Assembly: GCF_000011325.1 (NCBI RefSeq)
Contig: NC_003450.3
Coordinates: 630,001-662,000, forward strand
DNA: 32,000 bases
From: Corynebacterium glutamicum ATCC 13032
Lineage (GTDB): Bacteria; Actinomycetota; Actinomycetes; Mycobacteriales; Mycobacteriaceae
Direction: 5' to 3'
Below, one piece after another: positions 17,591-26,546 of the stretch. Within the stretch, counting starts at the first letter, position 1, and each line of letters begins with the position of its first letter. The notes beneath the pieces were generated by a model, which saw only the letters and a list, made by a program, of their open reading frames with translations, was not told the DNA's origin and did no database searches. The translations under genes and the position numbers were made by a program.

Positions 17591-18309
17591 TAACGCCCCA
17601 CCCGCAAATCTGCCGTATCGATGATCTTGCCATCACGCATTGTGATCAACACGTCACCACGGTGAGCAGCATCTTTATCGTGGGTGACAAACACAAGTGA
17701 CTGCCCAAAATCATCAACAATGCTGCGGAACAAATTCAACACTGCATCGCTGGTGACGGAATCCAAACTTCCTGTTGGCTCATCCGCAATGACAATATCG
17801 GGCCTAGACATCAACGCCCGGGCAATCGCGGCGCGTTGTTGCTGACCGCCAGACAGCTCCCCAGGCAAATGGCGCATACGATTATCAATCTTCAACACAC
17901 TGGTGATGTGTTCAAACCACTGCTTATCCACCCTGCGATGCGCAAGACGCAACGGCAGCAAAATATTGTCCTTCACCGACAAAATAGGCACCAAGTTGAA
18001 ATCCTGAAACACCATGCTGATGTGCGTGCGACGCAGCTTGGCACGCTTATTTTCTGACAGGGAGCTCAACGTGATGTTGTTTTTGTTCAGTGTCACTCTG
18101 CCTGAGGTTGGCTGCGCCAATCCGGAAAGGCACTGCAACAGAGTTGTTTTGCCAGAGCCTGATTGCCCCATGATGGAGGTCCATTTGTCGGACTGAATCT
18201 GTACAGAAATGCCATCGAGAGCCCGAACTTCTGTTGATCCTTTTCCATAGATCATCATGAGATCTTGGGCTGAAAGGACCGGCGGAGCGTTATCTGTGGC
18301 AGGGTTCAA
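17590..18309 (-). CDS. ABC transporter ATP-binding protein (MacB/LolD-like)
   Basis: Walker A GQSGSGKTT, signature LSGGQQQR and Walker B IVIADEPTGSLD are present. Start is TTG at 18309 with AAAGGAA upstream. Confidence 0.9.
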   Translation of the reverse strand: MNPATDNAPPVLSAQDLMMIYGKGSTEVRALDGISVQIQSDKWTSIMGQSGSGKTTLLQCLSGLAQPTSGRVTLNKNNITLSSLSENKRAKLRRTHISMVFQDFNLVPILSVKDNILLPLRLAHRRVDKQWFEHITSVLKIDNRMRHLPGELSGGQQQRAAIARALMSRPDIVIADEPTGSLDSVTSDAVLNLFRSIVDDFGQSLVFVTHDKDAAHRGDVLITMRDGKIIDTADLRVGR

Positions 18310-18373
18310 GATTATTCCTTTGGGGCGTAGCTGCGTGGGTGGACTAACGCATCAACACTATATGGGCATTTGG

Positions 18374-18429
18374 GCATAGAAAAACCCGCGATGCCTACTT
18401 CGAGGTAGATATCACGGGTTTTTCTATGC
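18374..18429 (-). terminator. Rho-independent terminator after metI
   Basis: 19-bp arms GCATAGAAAAACCCGCGAT (18374-18392) and ATCACGGGTTTTTCTATGC (18411-18429) with one mismatch. On the minus strand the GC core is followed by TTTTTC. It begins 8 nt after the metI stop. Confidence 0.8.
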
Positions 18430-18436
18430 AAGAGGT

Positions 18437-19114
18437 TTAGCGGCGCATGATCTTCTTGGACAGCCAATTGCCCAGAAGCTGGGCTGCCTGCACGATGATG
18501 ACGATAACCAGGACGGCAACGTACATAACTTCGTTGTCGAAGGCGCGGTAGCCGTAAACAATGGCGAAGTCACCAAGACCACCGCCACCGATGTAGCCGA
18601 CCATTGCGGACATATCGACGATCGCGATGAACAGGAAGGTGTAACCCAGAACCAATGGTCCAAGTGCTTCTGGAATGATCACGGTGGCGATGATGCGCAT
18701 CGGGGACGCACCCATGGAGCGAGCTGCCTCGATGACACCAGGATCAATGGAGACCAAGTTTTGCTCCACGATTCGAGCCACAGAGAAAATCGCTGCGACA
18801 ACCATGACGAAGATGCCGGCATCTCGGCCGATGGAGGTGCCCATGACGGCGACCGTTAGTGGCTTGATGGCGGCGATCAAAATAATGAATGGGATGGGTC
18901 GAACAAAGTTCACCAGCACATTCAAAATGGTGTAGATGACCTTGTTCTTCAAGATTCCACCAGCGCGGGTGGTGTAAAGCAGCAGGCCGACGACAAGACC
19001 CAGTAAGCCAGCCACCACCATGGTGATGATGACCATCAACAGGGTGTCAATGATGGCTGTTTGGAAGGTGGGTCCTAGCCGGTTCCAGTCAGCTGCGAGG
19101 ATCATCTCGTTCAT
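18437..19114 (-). CDS. metI: Methionine ABC transporter permease
   Basis: 225-aa, 5-TM MetI-type permease. ATGA overlap with the metN stop (19111-19114). Confidence 0.88.
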   Translation of the reverse strand: MNEMILAADWNRLGPTFQTAIIDTLLMVIITMVVAGLLGLVVGLLLYTTRAGGILKNKVIYTILNVLVNFVRPIPFIILIAAIKPLTVAVMGTSIGRDAGIFVMVVAAIFSVARIVEQNLVSIDPGVIEAARSMGASPMRIIATVIIPEALGPLVLGYTFLFIAIVDMSAMVGYIGGGGLGDFAIVYGYRAFDNEVMYVAVLVIVIIVQAAQLLGNWLSKKIMRR

Positions 19115-20193
19115 CGGGTGATCTCCTTGATGGTCGTGGTCTTGGTCAAGGTTTGATAGAACTCTTCAATCGCAGCGGTGTTGCCGGTGAGTCGAACAGT
19201 CATTTTGCCAAATGATTGGCGTTGCAAGGTGGTCACGCCACCGTGAACGATGTTGACAAAAGCACCTTGTTCGGCAGCACGAGCGGTTGCTGCAAAGAAG
19301 CCGGACGTTTCAGTCAGATCAATGGTGAACAGACGTCCCTCATGGCTAAGCAGATCTTCCGATTCCACTTGGTCTGGGGTGTTACGCAGCGCGGTGGCCA
19401 CGAACTTTTGAGCAACCTGTGTTTGTGGATTGGAGAACACCTCGTAGACGCTGCCGTATTCCACAACTTTGCCGGATTCCATCACAGCAACCTTGTCTGC
19501 GATGGAACGCACAACTTCCATTTCGTGGGTGATCACAACGATGGTGATGCCCAGTTCGCGGTTTACCTTGCGCAGCAGCTCCAGAACTTCATGGGTGGTT
19601 TCTGGGTCCAAAGCGGAGGTGGCTTCGTCGGCAAGCAAAAGCGTTGGATTGGTGGCCAGTGCACGGGCAATGCCGACGCGCTGCTTCTGGCCGCCCGACA
19701 GCTGCTCGGGGTAGTTTTTGCCTTTGTCGCCCAGGCCGACGAACTCGAGCATTTCTTGCACGCGAGCTTTACGAGCTGCCTTGTCCATCTTGGCAACTTC
19801 CAGCGGGTACTCCACATTTCCAGCCGCAGTACGCGACTGGAACAGGTTGAACTGCTGGAAAATCATGCCGATATTACTGCGCAGTTTACGCAGCTTAGAC
19901 TCGGGCATTCCGACGATGTCGGTGCCGTTGAGCAGCAACGAACCGCTCGTGGGGGAGTCAAGGCCATTGATGAGGCGGACAAGAGTGGACTTGCCGGCGC
20001 CAGAGTAACCGATGATGCCGATTACCTCACCGGGTTCTACGGTGAGAGTGACATTATCAAGCGCGGTGGTTTTAGCAGATTTATTGTTGCTAAAGACTTT
20101 GGTTATGCCGCGGAACTCAACGCGAGTGCCCTGGGTGCTGGGTTGCTGCGCGGAGTATTCCTCTGGCGTCGGTGTGGACGCGGTGTGTGACAC
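19111..20193 (-). CDS. metN: Methionine ABC transporter ATP-binding protein
   Basis: Walker A GYSGAGKST, LSGGQKQR, and a C-terminal NIL-type domain. I prefer GTG at 20193 (360 aa) because GAGGA lies 7 nt upstream. The ORF-track TTG at 20244 adds 17 residues. Confidence 0.88.
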   Translation of the reverse strand: MSHTASTPTPEEYSAQQPSTQGTRVEFRGITKVFSNNKSAKTTALDNVTLTVEPGEVIGIIGYSGAGKSTLVRLINGLDSPTSGSLLLNGTDIVGMPESKLRKLRSNIGMIFQQFNLFQSRTAAGNVEYPLEVAKMDKAARKARVQEMLEFVGLGDKGKNYPEQLSGGQKQRVGIARALATNPTLLLADEATSALDPETTHEVLELLRKVNRELGITIVVITHEMEVVRSIADKVAVMESGKVVEYGSVYEVFSNPQTQVAQKFVATALRNTPDQVESEDLLSHEGRLFTIDLTETSGFFAATARAAEQGAFVNIVHGGVTTLQRQSFGKMTVRLTGNTAAIEEFYQTLTKTTTIKEITR

Positions 20194-20388
20194 GACGGTG
20201 TCCTCGATTCGTACAAAAGTCGGGGGACAAAAGCTGGAAGACAAATAGTTTAACGCCCCGAGGAAGCGTACGCGACGTGGTGTTCGTCAAAAGATTCCAA
20301 GCGGGGCGTTTGAAGTTCACAGTCTGATTTTCAGGCTGTGATTGTGCAAAGAAATCTGCACATGGGTATGCAAAGAACTCAAAAGAGA

Positions 20389-21288
20389 TTATGCGTTTTC
20401 CTGATCAGCCTCAAGGCGATCAAGGATTTCCTGAAGGTCAGCTCCTGGACGATCAACTGGGACGGAGGTGCCCTCAGAGTCGCGGTCTACTGCAGCCAGA
20501 ACCTCTGGGTCGTGCCACAGCTCAACGAGGCGGGCGATGTTGGCATCGTCCTTGTCCTCAGCCTTGGTGACGAAGACGTTGATGTATGGCTCTGCTTCTT
20601 CAGACTCAGGATCATCTTCGAAGACCGCGAGGTTTGGATCGATGCCTGCGCGGTCAAGGAAGGAGTTGTTGATGATCGCTGGGCGACCCTCCTGGTAAGC
20701 GGTTGGTGCCTGAGCTGCGTCGACTGGGATGACGGAAACCTTGGAAGCTGCCTCGTCGATATCGACTGGAGCTGGGGTGACCAGACCTGGGGTCTTCAGG
20801 GTGACCAGACCTGCCTGAACGAGAACGTTGATGGCGCGGCCCTGGTTGGAAGGATCGTTAGGGATGGCAACGGACTCGCCGTCAATGCCGTCGATGGAGT
20901 CGTGGTCCTTCCAGAATAGTGCCAGTGGCACGATTTCGCTGGAGCCAACTGGGGTGAGGTCTGCGCCGGAGCCGACGTTGTACTCAGCCAGGAACTTCAG
21001 GTGCTGGAAGAGGTTAACGTCCAGCTGATCCTGGGCAAGAGCCTCATTTGGGGTGGAGTAGTCAGAGAAAGGAACGATGTCGAGGGTGATGCCCTCTTCA
21101 GCTGCCTTGTCTTCGAATACGGTCCATGCTTCCTTCGCAGCGTCGGTGGTGCCGATGCGGATGGTCACGCCTTCGGTGCCTTCAGCAACAGTGGTGCTGC
21201 TTCCATCGGAATCGGAGCCACAGGCAACAAGTGCGGTTGCGGCGAAGAGGCCAGCGATGGCGGTGGTTGTGATGCGACGAAGTTTCAT
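20389..21288 (-). CDS. metQ: Methionine-binding lipoprotein (NlpA/MetQ family)
   Basis: The start at ATG 21288 gives MKLRRITTTAIAGLFAATALVACGS, a signal peptide plus lipobox, with AAGGA upstream. The ORF-track start at 21348 adds 20 non-signal residues. Confidence 0.88.
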   Translation of the reverse strand: MKLRRITTTAIAGLFAATALVACGSDSDGSSTTVAEGTEGVTIRIGTTDAAKEAWTVFEDKAAEEGITLDIVPFSDYSTPNEALAQDQLDVNLFQHLKFLAEYNVGSGADLTPVGSSEIVPLALFWKDHDSIDGIDGESVAIPNDPSNQGRAINVLVQAGLVTLKTPGLVTPAPVDIDEAASKVSVIPVDAAQAPTAYQEGRPAIINNSFLDRAGIDPNLAVFEDDPESEEAEPYINVFVTKAEDKDDANIARLVELWHDPEVLAAVDRDSEGTSVPVDRPGADLQEILDRLEADQENA

Positions 21289-21368
21289 TTTCAAATACGT
21301 CCTTGTTTGGGAAAGTTTTTGTGAATGGATCATGAAATGGTCATTCAAGTATTTAGGAGATTAGCACC

Positions 21369-21398
21369 ATAGACCGCGATCTGTACAGCTTGGTCTAT
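21369..21398. promoter_or_regulatory. Inverted repeat ATAGACC-N16-GGTCTAT upstream of metQ (candidate operator)
   Basis: The 7-bp arms (21369-21375 and 21392-21398) are perfect. The arms contain the TAGAC/GTCTA half-sites of the McbR motif, but with the wrong spacing. The repeat lies about 80-110 nt upstream of the metQ ATG. Confidence 0.45.
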
Positions 21399-21428
21399 TT
21401 CCTTCTCCGGCTGGCGTGGAAAACTTAT

Positions 21429-21444
21429 TGGAAAATTTGTTCTA
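21429..21444. promoter_or_regulatory. LexA SOS-box-like site upstream of dnaE2
   Basis: TGGAAAATTTGTTCTA against the corynebacterial SOS box TcGAA(a/c)AnnTGTtCGA: 12 of 14 specified positions match. It lies 19 nt upstream of the preferred dnaE2 ATG. Confidence 0.6.
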
Positions 21445-21462
21445 AAAATGTATCCTATCATT

Positions 21463-24400
21463 ATGGAATGGAATGGCGGGGGAAGCTTTAACGGCAGGCC
21501 ATTATCGTGGTCCAAATTGGAAAGAATCCTCTCAGGTAAAAAGGTCGAATCTCTGCGTCCGGTGCTGCATGAGCCGGATGCGCAGGCGCCTTCATCTGCC
21601 ATGCAGGGGGAAGCGTCGGTTCCTTTTGCCGAGCTGCATGCCACCAGCAGTTATAACTTTCTCACTGGCGCATCGGATCCGTCTGATGTGGTTGTGCAGG
21701 CCAAAAAGTTAGGACTTGTTGCTCTATCAGTCATGGATAGGGATGGTTTTTATGGTGCAGTGAGATTTGCGGAAGCTGCCGCGGAAGCTGGAATGCATAC
21801 CGTTTATGGTGCGGAGCTGAGTCTGCAAGAAGGCGTGTTGACAGTCTTGTGTAAAAATCCGGAAGGCTACAAAAAGCTCAGTCACCTGATCAGTGACGCG
21901 AAAATGGCAACGGGAGAAAAGGGGGAAGTTCGCTATCCGCCGCTGCCAATGGTTGCTGAACATGCTGCAGGGGATTGGGTGGTCCTTGCAGGTTTTCAGT
22001 GGTTGGACAAAATCGACTATGTGATCGATTGCTTTAAACCGGAAAATATTGTGCTGGAATTCGGTTCAACCATGACACCGGAAGACGCCGACCGCAATGA
22101 ATACCTCAGAAGAACGCAAGCCAAATTCCAGCTTCGAGGCATCCTAAGCACCAACCCAGAATCCGCTGCCCGGGGGAGCGTGCGGCTTGCCGGCGCCAAG
22201 CAGGCACTAGCCCGCAAGATGCCGCTTGCCGACGCCGAAAGCGAGCTACATCCCATGGGCACTACCTGGATGCGCAGCGGGGATACATTGTTAAAAGCAC
22301 ACCCTGATTACGCGGATCTCATTGCAACCACGGTGGAATTAGCTGCTGAATGTGCTTTCACCCTAGATTTGGTGGCCCCGAATCTGCCCAAGTGGGATAC
22401 CCCTGGTGAACACACGGAAATGTCCTGGCTTGCGCACCTGGTTTCCACTCGGATTGATACCCGCTATGTGGGGCGCTCCGCAGACATCAAAGCACGAGCT
22501 GCCACACAAATTGACTATGAATTAGGCGTTATTGAAAAGCTGGGTTTTCCAGGCTATTTCCTCGTCGTTAATGATCTGGTGGAGTTTTGTCGCGATTCCA
22601 ATATTTTGTGCCAAGGCAGAGGTTCCGCGGCGAACTCGGCGGTGTGCTTTGTCCTAGGCATCACCAACGCGGAGCCGATCTCTGCTGGATTGTTGTTTGA
22701 ACGGTTTTTATCTCCTGACCGGGATGGTCCACCAGATATTGACATTGATATTGAATCCGGCAGGCGCGAAGAAGTAATCCAATACGTGTATGAAAAATAC
22801 GGAAGGGATAACGCAGCTCAAGTAGCCAATGTCATTACCTACCGAACAAAAGGCGCGATGCGTGATGCTGCCCGTGCACTGGGTTACCCGCAAGGTGCTG
22901 CCGATGCCTGGGCTAAAGGAACCTCGGAACCACCCGATGATGTGCTGGAATTAGCTGCGCAATTTAAAGGGCAACCACGGCATTTGGGTATTCACTCCGG
23001 TGGCATGGTCATTTGCGATCGCCCCATCGCCGATGTGGTGCCAGTGGAATGGGCTCGGATGGATAACCGCTCGGTTGTGCAATGGGATAAAGATGACTGT
23101 GCCACGGCAGGCTTGGTCAAATTCGACCTTTTGGGATTGGGCATGTTGGAAGCCATCCATCACATGCTGGATCTGGTGGCAGAACACCGAGGTAAAAAGA
23201 TCAATTTGTGGGAACTAGATCTGGCGGAACCGGAGGTCTATGACATGTTGTGCAAGGCAGATGCCGTGGGTGTGTTCCAGGTGGAATCACGTGCGCAGTT
23301 ATCCACGCTGCCTCGACTCAAGCCCCGCACCTTCTTTGACCTGGTCGTGGAGGTAGCTCTGATTCGTCCAGGTCCCATCCAAGGCGGATCGGTGCACCCG
23401 TATTTGCGGCGCCGTGCTGGTGAAGAGGCCATCACTTATGACCACCCCGTGTTGGAAAAGTCTTTGGGTAAAACCTTAGGAATCCCACTGTTTCAGGAAC
23501 AGCTCATGCAGGTAGCTGTTGATGCTGCAGGTTTTAGTGGTGGGGAAGCGGATTCCTTGCGCAGAGCGATGGGGTCGAAACGCTCACCTGAACGCATGGC
23601 TGCGTTGCGCTCGCGGTTTTTCCAAGGGCTGAAAGATACCAATGGGATTGTGGGGGAGACCGCCGAGAAACTGTGGAACAAAATTGTGGCCTTTGCTGCC
23701 TACGGTTTTCCGGAATCGCATTCGCAGTCGTTTGCGTCCTTGGTGTATTTCTCCGCGTGGTTTAAATACCACTACCCGGCTGAATTCTGCGTGGGATTAT
23801 TGCGGGCACAACCCATGGGTTTCTATTCACCACAGTCTTTGATCAGTGATGCCAGACGCCACGGCGTGAGTATCCTGCCGATCACGGTCAATGATTCCGG
23901 TGTGGAGGCCGATGCTCCGAATGGTGCGATTCGATTGGGGCTCAACCTGGTGAAAGGCCTTGGCCACGATGCCGCGCAAAGAATAGAGGACAACGCCCCG
24001 TTTGATTCCATTCCGGATTTATCGCGCCGGGCTGATCTTAATGTTGCTCAAGTTGAGGCATTGGCGCGAGCGGGAGCGGTGGACTGCTTGGGGGTCGGAC
24101 GTCGACAAGCATTATGGCAAGCGGGCGTCGCAGCGACCGAAAAACCTGGAATGCTGCCTGGCCTTTCGGTGATTGAAGCTCCGGCGTTGCCGGGGATGAG
24201 CGCCTTTGAGCTGATGGCGACCAATATTTCCGCCACGGGAGTCACCGCGGATTATCAGCCGATGGCGTTGATTCGGGAGCGGATGGAGGAGCTGGGGATC
24301 GTGCCGGCGGATCGGCTATTGGAGGTGGAAGATGGCACGCGGCTGCGGATCGCTGGCATTGTCACGCACCGGCAGCGCCCGCAAACTGCGTCGGGGCTGA

Positions 24401-24615
24401 CATTTTTAGGGATGGAGGATGAGACCGGGCTGATGAATGTGATGGTGTCCGTTGGGTTGTGGCAGCGGCAGCGCGTGCTGGCCAGAAATGCCAAGGCGTT
24501 GATTATTCGAGGGATTGTGCAGAATGCGCAAGGGGTGGCGACAGTTGTCGCTGACCGGTTGGAACCGTTGGACATGGGGGAGTTTCTCAGCCGTGGCTCA
24601 CGAGATTTTCGATAA
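21463..24615 (+). CDS. dnaE2: Error-prone DNA polymerase III alpha-like subunit
   Basis: About 1050 aa with an N-terminal PHP domain (FAELHATSSYNFLTGAS), the Pol III alpha core and a C-terminal OB region. I prefer ATG 21463 (MEWNGG...SWSKLERILSG), which resembles the DnaE2 N-termini I recall. The ORF-track start is 21448. Confidence 0.9.
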   Translation: MEWNGGGSFNGRPLSWSKLERILSGKKVESLRPVLHEPDAQAPSSAMQGEASVPFAELHATSSYNFLTGASDPSDVVVQAKKLGLVALSVMDRDGFYGAVRFAEAAAEAGMHTVYGAELSLQEGVLTVLCKNPEGYKKLSHLISDAKMATGEKGEVRYPPLPMVAEHAAGDWVVLAGFQWLDKIDYVIDCFKPENIVLEFGSTMTPEDADRNEYLRRTQAKFQLRGILSTNPESAARGSVRLAGAKQALARKMPLADAESELHPMGTTWMRSGDTLLKAHPDYADLIATTVELAAECAFTLDLVAPNLPKWDTPGEHTEMSWLAHLVSTRIDTRYVGRSADIKARAATQIDYELGVIEKLGFPGYFLVVNDLVEFCRDSNILCQGRGSAANSAVCFVLGITNAEPISAGLLFERFLSPDRDGPPDIDIDIESGRREEVIQYVYEKYGRDNAAQVANVITYRTKGAMRDAARALGYPQGAADAWAKGTSEPPDDVLELAAQFKGQPRHLGIHSGGMVICDRPIADVVPVEWARMDNRSVVQWDKDDCATAGLVKFDLLGLGMLEAIHHMLDLVAEHRGKKINLWELDLAEPEVYDMLCKADAVGVFQVESRAQLSTLPRLKPRTFFDLVVEVALIRPGPIQGGSVHPYLRRRAGEEAITYDHPVLEKSLGKTLGIPLFQEQLMQVAVDAAGFSGGEADSLRRAMGSKRSPERMAALRSRFFQGLKDTNGIVGETAEKLWNKIVAFAAYGFPESHSQSFASLVYFSAWFKYHYPAEFCVGLLRAQPMGFYSPQSLISDARRHGVSILPITVNDSGVEADAPNGAIRLGLNLVKGLGHDAAQRIEDNAPFDSIPDLSRRADLNVAQVEALARAGAVDCLGVGRRQALWQAGVAATEKPGMLPGLSVIEAPALPGMSAFELMATNISATGVTADYQPMALIRERMEELGIVPADRLLEVEDGTRLRIAGIVTHRQRPQTASGLTFLGMEDETGLMNVMVSVGLWQRQRVLARNAKALIIRGIVQNAQGVATVVADRLEPLDMGEFLSRGSRDFR

Positions 24616-24624
24616 TTTGGCAAA

Positions 24625-25125
24625 GTGGACATTATGACAAATACGCACAGGCGAACCCCAGAACCACATGAGGGCATGAATCCAGTGTCACCAAAACTGA
24701 CCACGGCCAGGTACCTCACCCGCATTCCATGGCTGCTGATCAGCGCGATTGTGTTTGGGGTGCTTGGAGTTTTTGTGTCTTCGTGGTTTTACGCCGGTGT
24801 GATCGTAGTTGCCGTCATTCTTATCTGGCAGCTGTGGCTGATCCCGCAGCAGGTCAAGCGACTGGGATGGCTGGAAACCTCCGATGAGCTGCTGATCACC
24901 AAGGGAAAACTGTGGCACACCTTCACGGTTGTTCCCTATGGCCGCATCCAGTTTGTTGATGTCACCGCAGGTCCCCTCGAGCGCGCGTTTGGCATGAAAC
25001 AAGTGCAATTGCATACCGCGTCGGCGTCCTCTGACTCCACCATTCAAGGCCTGCCTGTCGCGGAAGCCGATGCCTTACGTGAGCGACTGGCTATTAAGGC
25101 CCGGGAGAGGATGAGCGGACTATGA
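24625..25125 (+). CDS. YdbS-like membrane protein with one bacterial PH (bPH2) domain
   Basis: 166 aa with two TM helices followed by the bPH2-type block LLITKGKLWHTFTVVPYGRIQFVDVTAGPLERAFGMKQVQLHTAS. Start is GTG 24625 or ATG 24634, 9 nt after the dnaE2 stop. Confidence 0.8.
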   Translation: MDIMTNTHRRTPEPHEGMNPVSPKLTTARYLTRIPWLLISAIVFGVLGVFVSSWFYAGVIVVAVILIWQLWLIPQQVKRLGWLETSDELLITKGKLWHTFTVVPYGRIQFVDVTAGPLERAFGMKQVQLHTASASSDSTIQGLPVAEADALRERLAIKARERMSGL

Positions 25126-26537
25126 GCAGCCTTGAAGGGTTTCGAAAAGTCCACCGCGCCACCCCATTCCTTCGCATCTGGACCATCATCGTCGCAGTTC
25201 TCGCGGCATTCGCATTCAATTCCGGCGCATCCGTTTTAAGTTTCATCTGGGGTGTCGTCACCGGCGAATACGGATTCGCAGTGCTGCCGATTCTATTGAC
25301 CGTCGGTGGCGCCGTCATTGTGGTGGCACTGGCCTGGATTATCACCGGAATTTGGTGGAAAGCCGTCGGATTCCGCATCACCAATGAAGAGGTGCAGCTG
25401 CAACGCGGAGTGATCAGCAAAGACCTCCGCACCGCCCGATTTGACCGTATCCAAGCCGTTGACCTGGTGGAATCATTCATCGCCCGTATCTTCCGACTGG
25501 CAGAAGTCCGCATCGAAACCGCCGGCGGCAGCGACTCCGCCATCAGCATTGGCTTTTTAAGAAAAAGCGAGGCCGAGGCCCTAAAAAGGGAGCTTCTCGA
25601 CGCCTCCCAGCACTCAGTCGCCACCACCCCAGCCGGAGTTCCGGCTGAGCCTGGGGTAGGGGAGACCGTTGTAGTTGAGAGCGCGGGCGATGTTCTGGTT
25701 CCACAAATCCCCGTGCAACGCACCCTCGCCAGCACCGCCTTATCACTAGCAACCATCATCACCGCGATCGGTATTGTGATTTTGCTCTTCGTTCCTTTCG
25801 GAGTGAGCATTGCCGTGCCGTTCTTTGTAGGCATGGTGCCAGCGGTCTGGAACTTGATCGATAAGTCGTGGCAATTCACCGCAACACAGCGCAACGATGT
25901 CCTGCATGTCAGCTATGGACTTGCCAACCGCCGCAAACAATCAATCCCACTGGGACGCATCCACGCAGTGAAACTAAAACAGCCATTGCTGTGGCGACTG
26001 GTTGGCTGGTGGACCGTGACCGTGACTGTAGTTGGCTACGGCGACACCACCCAAGGCGGAACCTCCAAAATCTTGCCCGTGGGTTCCAAAGAACTCGCAC
26101 TAAAAGTCCTTGAAGCGGTGGGGCCACTAAACAGCGCCGACATCGCCGAATCTGCAGACCCATCACATATGAGCAGACCCCAGTACACACCACCAGTTGC
26201 TGCACGCCTGCTCACACCAGTCGATCGGACCCGCCAAGGCGTCACGTTGATTGGTGTGGCTGGTGCCCCTGGTGCGGTGGTCGTGCATGAAGGCAGATTC
26301 ATGCCACGTATGTCTGTGATTGATACCTCCCACATCCAAGAACTCACCCTTAAACACGGGCCGATCCAAAGAATACTGGGACTCTCCACCGTTGTGTTTA
26401 ACCTGGTCCAAGGGCCAGTGGGAATGGCCGCATCGGATCTCAGTGCAGCTGATGGAAAAGAACTTCTCAACATTCTCCGCAACAGAAAACTACCCGCACT
26501 GGAATCAGCTCCGCTGGGACAAAACAGCCTGGACTAA
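25122..26537 (+). CDS. YdbT-like membrane protein with repeated bPH2 domains
   Basis: 471 aa with alternating TM pairs and three bPH2-like segments (RFDRIQAVDLVESFIARIFRLAEVRIETAGG; IPLGRIHAVKLKQPLLWRLVGWWTVTV; the region around HIQELTLKHGPIQRILGLSTVVFN). ATGA overlap with the upstream gene. Confidence 0.8.
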   Translation: MSSLEGFRKVHRATPFLRIWTIIVAVLAAFAFNSGASVLSFIWGVVTGEYGFAVLPILLTVGGAVIVVALAWIITGIWWKAVGFRITNEEVQLQRGVISKDLRTARFDRIQAVDLVESFIARIFRLAEVRIETAGGSDSAISIGFLRKSEAEALKRELLDASQHSVATTPAGVPAEPGVGETVVVESAGDVLVPQIPVQRTLASTALSLATIITAIGIVILLFVPFGVSIAVPFFVGMVPAVWNLIDKSWQFTATQRNDVLHVSYGLANRRKQSIPLGRIHAVKLKQPLLWRLVGWWTVTVTVVGYGDTTQGGTSKILPVGSKELALKVLEAVGPLNSADIAESADPSHMSRPQYTPPVAARLLTPVDRTRQGVTLIGVAGAPGAVVVHEGRFMPRMSVIDTSHIQELTLKHGPIQRILGLSTVVFNLVQGPVGMAASDLSAADGKELLNILRNRKLPALESAPLGQNSLD

Positions 26538-26546
26538 GGTGTAATC

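Noticed and set aside
19216-20190. 324-aa plus-strand ORF, plus several shorter ones, opposite metN
   Set aside because: It lies entirely antisense to a gene with clear ABC ATPase motifs. Its sequence is Gly/His/Val-rich low-complexity mirror translation with no recognisable motif or ribosome-binding site.
20338-21364. Plus-strand ORFs of 66-193 aa opposite metQ
   Set aside because: These are mirror ORFs of a well-supported lipoprotein gene and carry no independent signals.
21369-21398. Calling this a canonical McbR operator
   Set aside because: The half-sites match, but the spacing is 18 nt rather than 6. It is kept only as a candidate operator of uncertain regulator.
24255-26482. Minus-strand ORFs of 156, 266 and 148 aa opposite the dnaE2 3' end and the bPH2 genes
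   Set aside because: These are Ser/Arg/Thr/Pro-rich mirror translations. The plus-strand genes have domain-level support and tight coupling.
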